From Bigelowiella natans CCMP2755 (taxonomy: Eukaryota > Protista > Cercozoa): 64,000 bases of DNA. Positions 26,220 to 50,728 of the stretch are shown here, piece after piece; positions within the stretch are counted from its first letter, which is position 1; every line of letters begins with the position of its first letter. The translations under genes were made by a program, and so were the position numbers. The notes under the pieces are model-generated. The model saw only the letters and a program-made list of their open reading frames with translations. It ran no database searches and had not been told where the DNA came from. Location of the stretch: positions 1 to 64,000 of the forward strand of contig ADNK01003372.1 in NCBI GenBank assembly GCA_000320545.1, written 5' to 3'.

Positions 26220-27108
26220 ATGTTCGGTATCCAGAAAATTCTCATCCACGCGAAACGCTGCGCCTTCTTTCTTATCCATACAACTTACTTGTATTCAGGC
26301 TACTCGTCGCCGATGTAGTATGTATCACCGCCATGAACCTTGAAACATGGTTCTGTAGACATTTAGCAATCGCTTCCTCCCCGATTTTAACTTCAGCTTT
26401 CACTTCTACGCCAGCAGCGCTATTATTTAATTATAAAGATAACACTTAACAGAGGAAATGGGAAAATGTTTTGCACATGTCGTGTAAATGATGAAGTACA
26501 TGTTCAATGAAAGAGATGAAATAAAACATGGAATATACACGGGGAAAGGGAACTCATAATCGAAGCTTGTTGAAAACATACACGTCGATGTGTTCTTTTG
26601 TGTATTATTATATACACGTAACCGTGCGTGTATAGTAGGTAGGTCTGCATGCCACGATACATTCCTACTGTTGTAGATACGTAGTAGTGGTAGTAATAGT
26701 AATGCTAATGGTAGTAGTAGTAGTAGTAGTAGTAGTAGTAATGCTAATGGTAGTAGTAGTAGTAGTAGTAGTAGTAGTACATTTTAAGCGACTCCTTCGT
26801 GAGATAGGCTTCATGGTCAAGGAATCCTCCTCCTCTTCCTCCTCTTGAGAGAGACTTGAGTTCTTCTTCTTTGAGGTGGTGTTGTGTCCTCCTCATCCTT
26901 CTTCTCCGAGCACTATGTAGACCATCCTGCGAAGGACTGATATTCTTCTATCAAAGTAACATTATCTATGAGCAATATAACTGAATTCAACTAACAGCGT
27001 CAATCGAACGATGAAATCAACAATTTTCACATGCAAAATGCTATGCAATGGAAACGTTTATGACTACTCAATAATATATACTAGCGCCTGCCATTTCCCC
27101 ACAAAGCT

Positions 27109-27143
<35 letters not shown>

Positions 27144-27502
27144 GTTGTTTGATCCAATCACGTAATGACTCTTTAATTGGTCCAAAATATACTGCGGCCT
27201 GACTTGGAGCGTCGCTGCTTACCTGAACGAACAAGTCGGAGAGTGAGGAATAAGCCTCCCATTCGGTGTTTACGTAGTAGTAGTAGTAGTAGTTGTTGTT
27301 GTAGTAGTAGTAGTATTTGCAGTATCTCCTGCCCTCTCCTTCAATGTATAATTCTCCAAACAACTTACGTGAAATCTCAAAATTGACGATGATGAATTCG
27401 ATGATGATCTCTTGGTTTCTGTGGATATCGTCGATGATGATACCGACGGCAGTGGCAAGACCTACGAACATAAATCACATTGGTTTCTCAACGAGAAGCA
27501 TG

Positions 27503-27541
<39 letters not shown>

Positions 27542-27702
27542 CATAAAAATATTATAGAGCTGCAACTTGTATTAATAACACGCTGGGAAGGCGGCGAGTC
27601 AATCATGCTCTCCTTCTGCGTCCTTCTTCTTTTTCTTTTACAACCCTAATCGTCTTCGGCTCTACATGGGCAAAGGTACGAACTTCAGGAACAGGCCTAA
27701 AA

Positions 27703-27736
<34 letters not shown>

Positions 27737-28201
27737 CACATGACTACAAGAAGAAATATAAGAAAATTATTTCTTCCCTCAATAACCAAATAATCATTTT
27801 TTGAAGAATACTACTCTCTTTGACATACAGGCAATTATTAGAAGTACGTTGAGGTTTGCGTGAGGTTGGCATTGAGAATCTGCTGCATATGTGAGAGACT
27901 GATGGCATCCAAATGTTGGTTACTATCTACTTCTCCGTCGAGACGAATCACCACATTCCTAATACAGCAGCCAAGAATCAAGCGATAACTTATTACTATT
28001 TCCGCCTTGAGCTAAATCTCAGATTCTCAGCCCTCGGAAGAATTATTGCGAGGGCCAACATACAATAATTTCCTAATGTAGTTGTACCGATTGAGAGCAT
28101 TGTAGAGACGATATAACTTCCGTACACGTACCACGACCTGTGTATTTCAGTAAAGGAAAACTGATGATCATTCAACCAGTTTTGAACATGAGGACCCCGA
28201 T

Positions 28202-28235
<34 letters not shown>

Positions 28236-28900
28236 CATCATCATCATCCTTTAGACGCACGCAGCATTACCCACCTTGACCATCCAAAGAACACCCATGA
28301 AGAAGATCATCAGTATCACAAAATTGAAGGTCTGAACATTGGGAAGCATTTCTCCCCGTTTCGCAAGCCTGTGATTCAGAAACGGTGGTGTCAGTAAGCG
28401 TCATCGCGCGTAAAATGTAATCCCTTTCACCCATTGTTATCTCGTGCAGCCATCTTCTTTTTCTCCACTCCCTCCTTCTCCTAGCTAAAATGTGCATAAA
28501 ATGGTTATCTATCTATATTCGTAACTGTAATGATTGCTCTCCTCTCTTCTTTTTATCGTGTGTGCATTGTTACAATACCCTTATTGATACTATTGTTATT
28601 GGTGATCTTTATTTGTTTGATGTGAGTATCGTTAATGGTCGTCACGACCATGATGATGATGAGGAAAGATTTATCCATGTTATTCTTGCCTACGACTTAT
28701 ATTATATCCTTGTCGCTGCTGCACTACGGACTAAGAATCATCTCGAGAATGATGTAACAAACAAAGAAGAAAATATATCGAAAAACATCGTAGATTGTGC
28801 GAAATTTATTAAGAGGAATAAGTTGTTGCCAAACTGTTGCCGTAGATCGGAATGGCGCTGCTATCTCGATTTTAAGTCACTCACACCACCTTCTCATAAA
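26220..28900 (-). CDS. Probable multi-exon hypothetical protein
   Basis: Exon-like complex segments between microsatellite introns on the minus strand (e.g. EWEAYSSLSDLFVQVSSDAPSQAAVYFGPIKESLRDWIK, GPHVQNWLNDHQFSFTEIH, PVPEVRTFAHVEPKTIR). No family recognised; ends are approximate. Confidence 0.35.
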
Positions 28901-29072
28901 CCCACTCCGTCCCTTTCCGCACTCGCTTTAAGTGCCCCTTACTGCAACAATAAGAGCAGCCTGTACTTGATTAAGAATACATCGGAGGAGAATAGAGACA
29001 AGGACTGGCAAAGGACGGTGCTACTACTACTACTACTTTAAGTGAGGAGCTTCAAAGAGGAATACGGCGAAG

Positions 29073-41755
<12,683 letters not shown>

Positions 41756-42369
41756 TGCATGAAATGGAAAGCTGGTACAGTGAATGATTCCGTTGTACTT
41801 CTTCCATTTCTGAGTAGAATTCATTAGATGTGAAATTTGTAAATCCATGAAGGTTAGTTTCAAATTGACGCATCTTCGTCATTTAGTGCATGGCAATGAA
41901 TGCCATGTTGTTTGGCACAGTCAACTTGCGCTTCTGTTTCACAGTGAGTTCTTCTCACGATGATGGCGTCATCATATCTGAGCTCATTGCTGCAGCGCAC
42001 AAGGTAGCAAGGCCAAGATTGGGTGCATGCACTTGGCCCGCAAGTTCGATCATTGTTTGCTTCTTTTTTGGAGAAGCATTGTGAATGACTGATGCGCAAC
42101 ATTGTTTGTGCTGTCATTCGCGCCACAACATGCATGATGTGCGCGAGTGCATCGAAGTTGACTCCACATCGATCCCCACATGAAAATGCACACGAACGGA
42201 TTGATCAGACGATGCGACAATCGGTGCATGCTCACAACTCATGCTGTCAGGCTGATCTTGCCAGCCACTTGTGATGGCTGTGCACTGGCCGTGGCAAACC
42301 TTCTGTTTGTTTCAATGCGATCTCAGCTGCTGCGTGGCTGGCTTGCACACTGCCAGACTTTGGGACTGC

Positions 42370-43900
42370 TAGACGACTAGCTGAGGCACTGCTGCAATGT
42401 GACCTGGTTGGTGATGGTGAACGCGCACACAGAACAAACAAAGCACACCTGCCAGGTTCGTGTCCAACAGTGACCCTTGCATGTCCAGGTCCACAACCAC
42501 ATGTCGACGCATGTCAATGTGTCCTGGCGCTAGCGCCACACCAGCAACGCAGCAGCGCTGCGCAGCGCATGAAAATCGATCGCAGCGCTGATGTGATCGC
42601 AATGCAATCATTTTGAAACACATCATCAATCACATTTCTCCATGTTGGCCATGTTTGGGTCACAAAGCTAGCTGTGGAAGCCCAGAAATCAGCATGAGCG
42701 TGCACACACACACACACACACACGCACACACACAAACACACACACGTGCAGCTAGCAGATGCACCTGGACAATGGAAAGGATGAGAAGTCCCGTGCTCCG
42801 CAAAATTCCAGCGTCTCACCATCTGAAAGGTGAAAAGAAGTTCACTGACGAAGTGAGCAAACACACACCTGCATCAGCAATGCCATCAGGCCACACGTTC
42901 GCTTCGAGCTGAAACTCGAGCTCATTTGTGACAGACACAGCAACACAAAAAGCAGCAGGAACCTTGCCTCTGATGGTTTTGTCAATGAAACTTCGCTTCT
43001 GACTGACACTTGGTGCCACCACCACAGGCTGGGACGATCTGACTCGATGCTCATTGATGCATGCAAGCTGCTGGTTCGAAGAAGATTTTTCCTTGCTCTT
43101 CCGATTTCTGATTGAATGCATCACAGATTGAGCAGTGAACGTTGCTTTGATTGGTTTCAACAATCAACTCACCTTTTGGAAGCTTTCTCAGCTTTCTTGG
43201 CGTTGAGCTCCTGACACTTTGGCCTTTGTTCAGCATTCAATTTGGTGGAGCAAGGCACAAGATTTCCAGGAAAGCGGAATGTCATTCTGCTCTTCGATGC
43301 AACCCTTTCCGTCCCTCGAATGTCAATCTGTCGAAGTGTTTGACTCTTCCACATCACCTTCACGTTTTTTTCATCAGCGTGAGACTTTTGAATGTGAATG
43401 CAACTGCAATCTCTCCTCTTCAAAGGATCCAATCCACACATCCTGCGAATCACTCAACTTCCCTCGTTGGGCTCAATGCCGAGTGCTTCTGCCAGCTTGT
43501 TCGATGTGTCTCGTTGCCTCTCACCACCTGTGGTTGCCAACAGGACGTCTTCTGTGTCATTGCTCTCCACTTTCGCGCATCCTTTCCAAAGTTGGAGAAA
43601 GTGTTCCTTCGACATGGGAAGACTGAAAGAAGCTGTGGCTCTTTTCCTGAGGGTGCATCTTTTCAATGCCTGCTGTGCTCCAAATGCCACATTGCAAATT
43701 GTGGCCCCCAGTCCGTGTCCATCGCATTTGCAGCTTTGTTTCTCCTCGAAAAGCGTCTTGCACACTTTGCGTGAAATCCTGCGTGTGAGATGACGACAAT
43801 TCTCTCTCCTTTGGAGTTTTTTTTCGCATCTTCGAATTGACAGTGGGGCATTTTTCAATTCCAATTCTTCCCTTTGCTCTGCTGCCAGGCGAAGCGCCCT
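42370..43900 (-). pseudogene. Decayed unidentified ORF of the relic, divergent from the transposase
   Basis: K/R/E-rich reading frames 43454-44014, 43169-43453 and 42816-43163 joined by TGA stops or frameshifts. Intron-like (TG)n tract at about 42700-42765. Confidence 0.45.
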
Positions 43901-44049
43901 TGGGAAACCTCGGCTCCGTGCAATCCGAGCTCGAGCCCCATCCCCCCCCCATTCTTCCTCGCATCCTGTGCGTTGGGTCCACACCCACCCACCGCTGTGC
44001 CAAACACCTTTCATTCAAAAATTCGCTCAGGTGAAATCACATTGAAAAA

Positions 44050-44453
44050 GAGTTGATGACGGATCAGCAGGCCCCATTTTTGCAGATGACGACTTTCCAT
44101 GAAAAATCCAGCGCGTTCAATTTCAACTCTTTTTTCATGCGGACTTCGGCATTCGCTTGCTCTGCGCCTGCTGATTGTCCATCTTTGTGGGACAACACAG
44201 GCTTTGAAAATTGAAAGAGCCAAGACAAATTGAATTTTCATGAAAGTGTGGCGGGAACTCTCGTTTCATGTGATGCAGCAATGCTTGCACAAGTCCCCCA
44301 AAACTTCACACTGCGCAGGCGCAGGTGACAGCAGGAGAAGCGAATGTCGAAGTCCGCGTGAAAAAAAATTGAAAATTCGTGGTGCTGGCACATTGCAAAG
44401 TTGCTGTTGCTCAGGATCAGAGGGAATGGGGGCTGCTGATCCGTCATCAACTC
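44050..44453. repeat. Imperfect inverted repeat (arms about 44050-44158 and 44338-44453)
   Basis: gagttgatgacggatcagcaggccccatt matches the reverse complement at 44425-44453 at 28/29 positions. ttttttcatgcggacttcggcattcgctt pairs with aagcgaatgtcgaagtccgcgtgaaaaaa. Confidence 0.85.
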
Positions 44454-44759
44454 AAAAGTGTCCGAATTGACACTTGTCAACCTTTTTTTTCATTCAAAAG
44501 TTCGGAGGCGCCTGCAATGGGGCGAAGGCCTCTCATGGCCGTGGAAGAGGCGATGAATCTGGTGAAATTGCTTTCCCTGCCTCGAGCAGGAGAACACAAG
44601 GTTCGATGAAAATGCAGTGTTCGATTTGATCTCTCTTGCGAGAGAAAAAGAGAATTGTGTTTTGATCACTTTGTGAGTTTTCGGTGTTGGTTTGTTGTGT
44701 TCATGACAGCCACTTGTGCATTCTGAGCAGACGTTCCCCTGGCTTCGGACGGGATTTCG

Positions 44760-47540
44760 ATGTTGCGAAGGATCACGTCCTTCGAATGCAAGGGACACCA
44801 TGGCGAAAACCCACGAGAAGACCCTTTGCTTGGTGCCAGGTGCAACTGTGATGGGAATTGTGCTTCCGGAAAAAAATCAAAGAAGATGTCAGCCGAACTT
44901 CGTGCTTCGAGCGCTCGGGTTTCGGGGTGGAAAGAGAAAGCCACCGAGGCACTGTCGCAGGTTGATGAGGTGAAAAAAAATTCCAACGAAGCTGACATTG
45001 AATTGAAGCTGAGCAAAAAGAGAGAAGCTCGGCCAAAGAGGCAGCTAGAAAAATCGAAAAAAGAGCTTGCACGCGCCCAAAAAGAGCAAAAGGAGGCTGT
45101 GATGCAGCGCACCGATGCCATTGCTTCAGCCACTGCATCCAGAGCCAAAGCGAGGAAGCTCACAGAAAAAGTTGAGGCTCTCATCTCAGAAAAGAAACAG
45201 AAGTGCTGAAGCTCGCCATGTCAAGAGATGGAGATCGCCAACAAAAAGTGATGGGTGCTGCCAGCTTCAAGCTCAAGACTCAGAAGTCCAAGTCGGAAAA
45301 GCTCCTGTCATCCCTCAACAGCAAAGCCACTCAGCTCTCCATCCAACTCCAGGCATCGAAGTCTGCTGCGAAAAAGAATTCAGAAGAGTTGTCGAAGCTC
45401 AAACGCAAGCATCAAGTGGTGTCAGATCGTTCCAAAAACAGAGGGAGAGCTTTGAAGAAAATTCGAGCCAAGCTCTCTTCAATGAAGCAAGAAGTGAGGA
45501 GTTCGTGTTTGATCATGGGTCCAAAACGCAAGCTGAAGGATGATTCCAAAATCAAAACGCACCGCTTTGATTGCGCGCCGCAAAGCAGCAGAAGCTGAAA
45601 TTTCTCGCTTGACATCTCGGGTGGCAGAAAAATGGTGCATGCAGCTCTCTGGATGTGGAGCATTGGAATTCGCTGCTGAAGAAGAGTGCTCCGTGAAGGT
45701 GGCTTTTCGAAAAGGCACCAAAGCAGCTGATGTGGTTGGCAAGTTTTTGCATTCAGTTGGTGGTGGACCATCGAAAAAAAAACTTCACGAAGTTCGAATG
45801 CTCTCGCATGCTGTTCCATCCACGTGCTCGGTCAAGAAAGTGCAAGACAAAATGGATTTGGCCATGTGACAGACACAGCAACAATGGAGTCCATGTTTGA
45901 TCCATCTTTTGATGCTCATCACTTCGCAGTGCATCCAGAGAAGTGTTTCAAGCACACTTTTGAGCATCGAGGGCTCGAAAATCACACGACGCATGACGCA
46001 CTGCTCGAAGGTGATGGGCGTGGAACAGGGAATTCTTTCAAGTCTGTCACATTTCAATTTGGAATTCTCAATGAGGGCCGCCCAATGCACAGGGAGGACA
46101 GACAGTGCGTGTTGGCGCTGCTTGTTGGGGATGGAAATGGACCGATGCTTCAAAAACATCCAACTCCGTTGTTCACCAAACTCAAGGACTTGCAAGAGTG
46201 TGGCTTCACGTGGAAAGGGTGCCAAAGGAAAGTGGGGCTGCACCACACTGGAGACGCAAAATGGATGAAAATCATCCACGGCATGGTTGGTTTCCACTTG
46301 AAAAACCACAATGACTGCTTGCACTGTCACTGTCATGCTGAGGACAGAGCGGACACGACTGTGAAGTGGGCCACAGAAAAGCAGCGCTTCTCGGGACCTC
46401 TGAAAGAGTGCGGAAGGCAGCACAAAGATCTTCTTCCATTGTGTGCCAATGGAGCGTCGCTGGAGTGAAAACATGCACCTCGTGTTTCGGTTTCTTCGTG
46501 ATGAGATCACAGCTCGTGTGTTCACTGACATCACAAACACAGAGTTGGGCACCCCTCAGGAGGGCATGAAACAGACAGAAAACGACTTGCAAGCAGCTCC
46601 ATTTGACATGACCAAGTTTGAGTTCAGGGCGTGTGAGGTGAAAGACAGATCAGCAGTGGGAGGATTCACTTGGGCCACTCCGAAAATGGCGAAGATGCTG
46701 CAGATTTCAGAGGAATGGGACTTCGAACATCTGTGCAAAGTCAATCCTGGGAGAGGCGAGCCATTGCAAAAATCGGCAAGAAGCTGGGTCAAAATGCATC
46801 GCAGACTGATGGTTTGGCCAGGAGACGGGCCAGAACTGACTTGTGAAGAAACATGGAAGGAGCATTCGGATTTCATGGAGGCGCTCATGGAAGAAGGGTG
46901 ACAACAACGAACAACATGCATGCACATGTGCAGTGTGAGTGTGCGTGTGTGTGCAATTCATGACAATCATCACGTTGAAAATTTTCATTTGTGTGTGCTT
47001 GTCAGAAATGGAGAACCAGGCATGGATGACGTGGAGATGAAGGGTCTTCCTGGCACGATTGTGACTCCTTGTTGTGCTCACACTTGGGTCAATCACATGG
47101 GGGAGCAACACGGAAGAAGTGCTGCTCATTCCAACCACTTTTCAGAGAATCCTGGACCAATTGAATCAAACATGGATTCTGATGACTCATCTGATGAGGT
47201 TCAGGAGCTGACAGCTTGCTCAGGCGGGCTGAAATTTGCTCGGACAGACGCACTTGAACGGAAAATTTTGGCGTTTTTTCACAGTTGTTTTCAGACACTT
47301 GGCAGGCGAAATGATCATGTCATGCCAGACGCCGGGTTCCAAGAGCTCAGGAAACTCATCAATCCACACAAAAGTGGCAGCTCCAGTGGACACAAACATT
47401 GGTGCGAGTGGTGCGGCAAAGGACACGTTGGAAAAAAATTTTGCGCAGCGCATCAGCTCGAATGTGCCCAAGCACCGTGGACAGCATTGCAATTGTCATG
47501 CATGATGCACTTCAATCACATTTTGGCAACGTTTGTGTGA
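44760..47540 (+). pseudogene. RAG1/Transib/Chapaev-like DDE transposase pseudogene (N-terminal coiled coil, catalytic core, C-terminal zinc finger)
   Basis: Core motifs LLEGDGR...FGILN...LALLVGD...GDAKWMKIIHG...CLHC...ENMHLVFR...VTPCCAHTWVNH match the pattern D-G / D-x-K-x6-G...CxxC / (D/E)xxH / TPYxH. An in-frame intron lies at 46898-47005. C-terminal CEWC-x12-H-x3-C finger. Several frameshifts and TGA stops. Confidence 0.7.
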
Positions 47541-48778
47541 CATCTGATGGCTTCAATGTCAATTGCAGTGATTTTTCCATGCATGTCCCATGCGCTTGCT
47601 GCTGGTGCAGGCTCATTTTGACATGCGTCGACACATGAATGGAAAACGAACAAAACTTGTTCACAAGATTTTGTGGCACGTGCCACCGACCCGCTTCAAG
47701 CAAATTGCGATCGATTTTTCGAAAGCTTGCCGCCTGCGCAACGCTGCAGATGAGGCCTTGCCTCACACGCACACTCGTCTAGTCGTGGTTGCCGCGCCAG
47801 TGCAGAGCAAAAGTTCGTCACGTTCCTGACAGCTTTCCTGAACTTTGATGACCAGTTCACTTTTGAGCACTTTCCATCTGCACTCACACCAGACTTGTCA
47901 AAACCAGAAAAACGAACAAAAACCACGCGAAAAAGGTGCGGCAAGAGCTTGCAAAGTCTGCAAAAAAAAACAAAATCCGAGCAAAATTGCAGCCAAGCAG
48001 GTGTCAAGACAAAACTTGGTGTCACCACAACAACAGACACCCTGACCCTGGCAGGTGTGAAGTGGCAAAAAATGGCTGACGCACGCACTTCTTCCCCGCG
48101 TAAGTGACGAGACCACGGGACAACCGCACGAAAAGAAGGGTCGATCACAAGTGAATTGCAAGCTGAATGAGTGATTGGATGAGTGAAGAAGAAGGCGAAG
48201 TGCACGTGCGAGTGAAGTTGAAGTGCCCACGGGGCCCCAAGCCAGAAAGGTGGTTTGCAAGACAGAGCAAACAAAGTTTCCAAGCGGCGATGTGTCTGAT
48301 CGAAAGGATCAGGAGTGCCGTGCCAACTCATCCACTCCCTTCCCCATTGACAAGGCAGCCAATGCAGGGAAAGTGAAGGCTGAGAGAACGACCGTGAGCT
48401 GGCGGTGCGCGTGCGTGCAGCCCGCCAGCCCGGAAGTCAACTTGCCAGCAGTTTGGCGTTGATCGATCGAACGTGCGATGTGTTGTCCATGACTAGATGA
48501 TTCCGAGATGACGATTGAAGCTTGTTTCTCATCACTCTTTCCCCCCATCATCATCGTCGCCATCGTTTTCGTGAACAGCAGCCAGCTTGCAGCAAGCACG
48601 TGGGTGTTCTTCGAGTTGTCGCAGTGGAAGAATGGCAGCAGGTTTCCTTCAATGGACGTTGTCGCAAGTGGTTTTTCGCTTCTATTTCAAAGTTTCTCGC
48701 ATCGCTTCTTACGTTGTGAATACCAACGCTTATTAGTAGATCTCTCAGTTTGCCCCCCTCCTCCTCAAACGAACGAAG

Positions 48779-50029
48779 ATGGGACAGGTTCAGTGCTGTC
48801 GAGCTCATCACCACGGAGAAAAACCAGCGGATTTGAACAGCAGGGTTATCCTATCTGTTCTACTCTGTCGAATTCACAAGGACCTAATGCTTAAAAAATT
48901 CCTGAGGAACAACAACTACATCGTTTACTAACATCCTTCTTTCTCTTCTTCTTGTAAGGTTACTGACTGGGAGGGTAGCGAGAACAAGGATGACGGACCT
49001 CCCATCCCAAGTGGGGAGGTATTAAAGCCCGAAACTAAAATTTTAACGCCTAAATCTGCAAAGATAATACATTCGCGGCACGTCTCTCGAGGCGGGAAAA
49101 CTCCAGCATCAAGCGTGTACATCTGTGCAAGCAGCGACGATGAGGAGGTATAATACCAAATAGTGCATAAATTCTCATTTGATATTTTATTTTTTAAGTT
49201 AAAATGCTGTGTTTTTGTGTGAATTGGCGGGGAGAATGCGATGATAAGAAGGTTATTTATATGGTGCAACTACTACTTACTTACTAGGGCGAGAATGTGC
49301 TACCACCACACAGAATGAGTGGCCAAGGTGGCATTGAATCCCGCTCTTCTACAAGCCGTAGTACCTCCCATCATAGTCGTCGTCCCTCACAAACAGCAAC
49401 ATCAGGTTGGTAAATGAGTGGTGGTAGTAATAGTAGTAGTAGCTGTAGGATATAGTCATACCTGAAAGTAAATGTGCTATCATTGCTGTAGGATATAGTC
49501 ATACCTGTAAGTAAATGTGCTATCATTGGGCAAAAATGATCCTCATTTGTCCTTCTTCTCTCTATAATCTTGGATACACATATCATTTTTTCATGGTTAA
49601 TATATGGAGAATAATCGTCGATATCTGCTGCATCGCGTATTATTATAATTCTTGTTATTATTATTATTACTATCGTTTGTACATAAGGAGAATAATCGTC
49701 GATATTCGCTGCATCGCATATTAATATTATCTTTTTTACACTTTTATACTTTTTCAATGAAAGGAGGAAATATTTGCCATATGACTCAATATAAAAAACG
49801 AATGCTTATGACGAATAGGCGCTACATCCATGGCAGAGACTACAAATATCGAGGCTTCTTTTGCTCGACTTCCAAGCCGGATGGATTTGGACGCCCTTCA
49901 CCTTGACTCTCCTGTTAACCGTCGAGATCCAAAAGGAATAACGGTGCAAACTCCAAAATTGCCTACTGCTGGCAAGAAATGGGTTACTACTAGCATTATT
50001 ATAAAATCAGAACTACATCATAGTACATA

Positions 50030-50065
<36 letters not shown>

Positions 50066-50683
50066 CAGGTCCTAATGTTAACAATGAATATGTGTTATTA
50101 TCAAGTGCTGATGTTGATGTTTCTTTCTCTTGCCTATGGTTTTAATTGTTCAAGAGCAAGGAGAATGAGGAGAAAGAGAAGATTGAAAAGTCTTTAGAAC
50201 CTGATGGTAGTAATAGCAGCACTGAGGAGATGAAGATGGTGATGATCATGGGAAAAGACGGAGGAGGAGGAGGAGGAGGAGGAGGAGGAGGAGGAGGAAA
50301 TACTTTAGAAGACGATAATAAGACTGGAGTAGTTGCGGCAGCTGTGGTGGTAGCAGGTGATGATGCGAAAGCAGTTGAAGATGAGAAGAATTCTGCCACC
50401 CATAACGGAGTAGCCAAAGAGAAAGAGGGGATTAACATTGCTGCAGAGAGAACACAAGATAAAAGAAGGGAGGAGGAGAAGGAGGAGGAGGATGAGGAGG
50501 CTTCTGTGGAAGAGGACTTGGATATTGAACTAAAATTAAAGACCCAGATAAAAGTAAGAAGCCGCATTACATCTATCGTCTCGTCAATCTCACAGGCTGG
50601 ATGTCAATGTGTTGCAGGTGTCTAATAATAAATCTATATTGATTTTCTCCTAACCCTTAAGTTTCCATATATTTCTCTCTGTT

Positions 50684-50728
<45 letters not shown>

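Larger units (their letters stand above)
42007..48682. mobile_element. Large TpA-depleted DNA-transposon relic (island B) with several decayed ORFs
   Basis: About 6.7 kb with roughly 9 TA dinucleotides, 8 of them in CTAG. Contains a DDE transposase remnant, a divergent decayed ORF and an internal inverted repeat. Termini were not identified. Confidence 0.8.

Noticed and set aside
41940-41946. CACAGTG (RSS-heptamer/Transib-like terminus) near the left edge of the island
   Set aside because: No matching CACTGTG was found at the right edge, and such words arise easily in CA/TG-rich DNA.
42007-48682. Alternative genetic code, selenoproteins or metal-binding Cys/His-rich proteins in the island
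   Set aside because: TA is missing in all frames and in introns and spacers, so the effect is at the DNA level. The Cys/His excess is explained by Tyr conversion.
42007-48682. Classical RIP or CpG-methylation decay as the cause of the TG/CA excess
   Set aside because: CpG remains abundant and TpA is lost rather than gained.
41860-48814. Dozens of overlapping six-frame ORFs suggesting dense or overlapping genes
   Set aside because: An artefact of TpA loss: TAA is essentially absent and TAG is rare, so almost only TGA can close a frame. Most of these ORFs are not genes.
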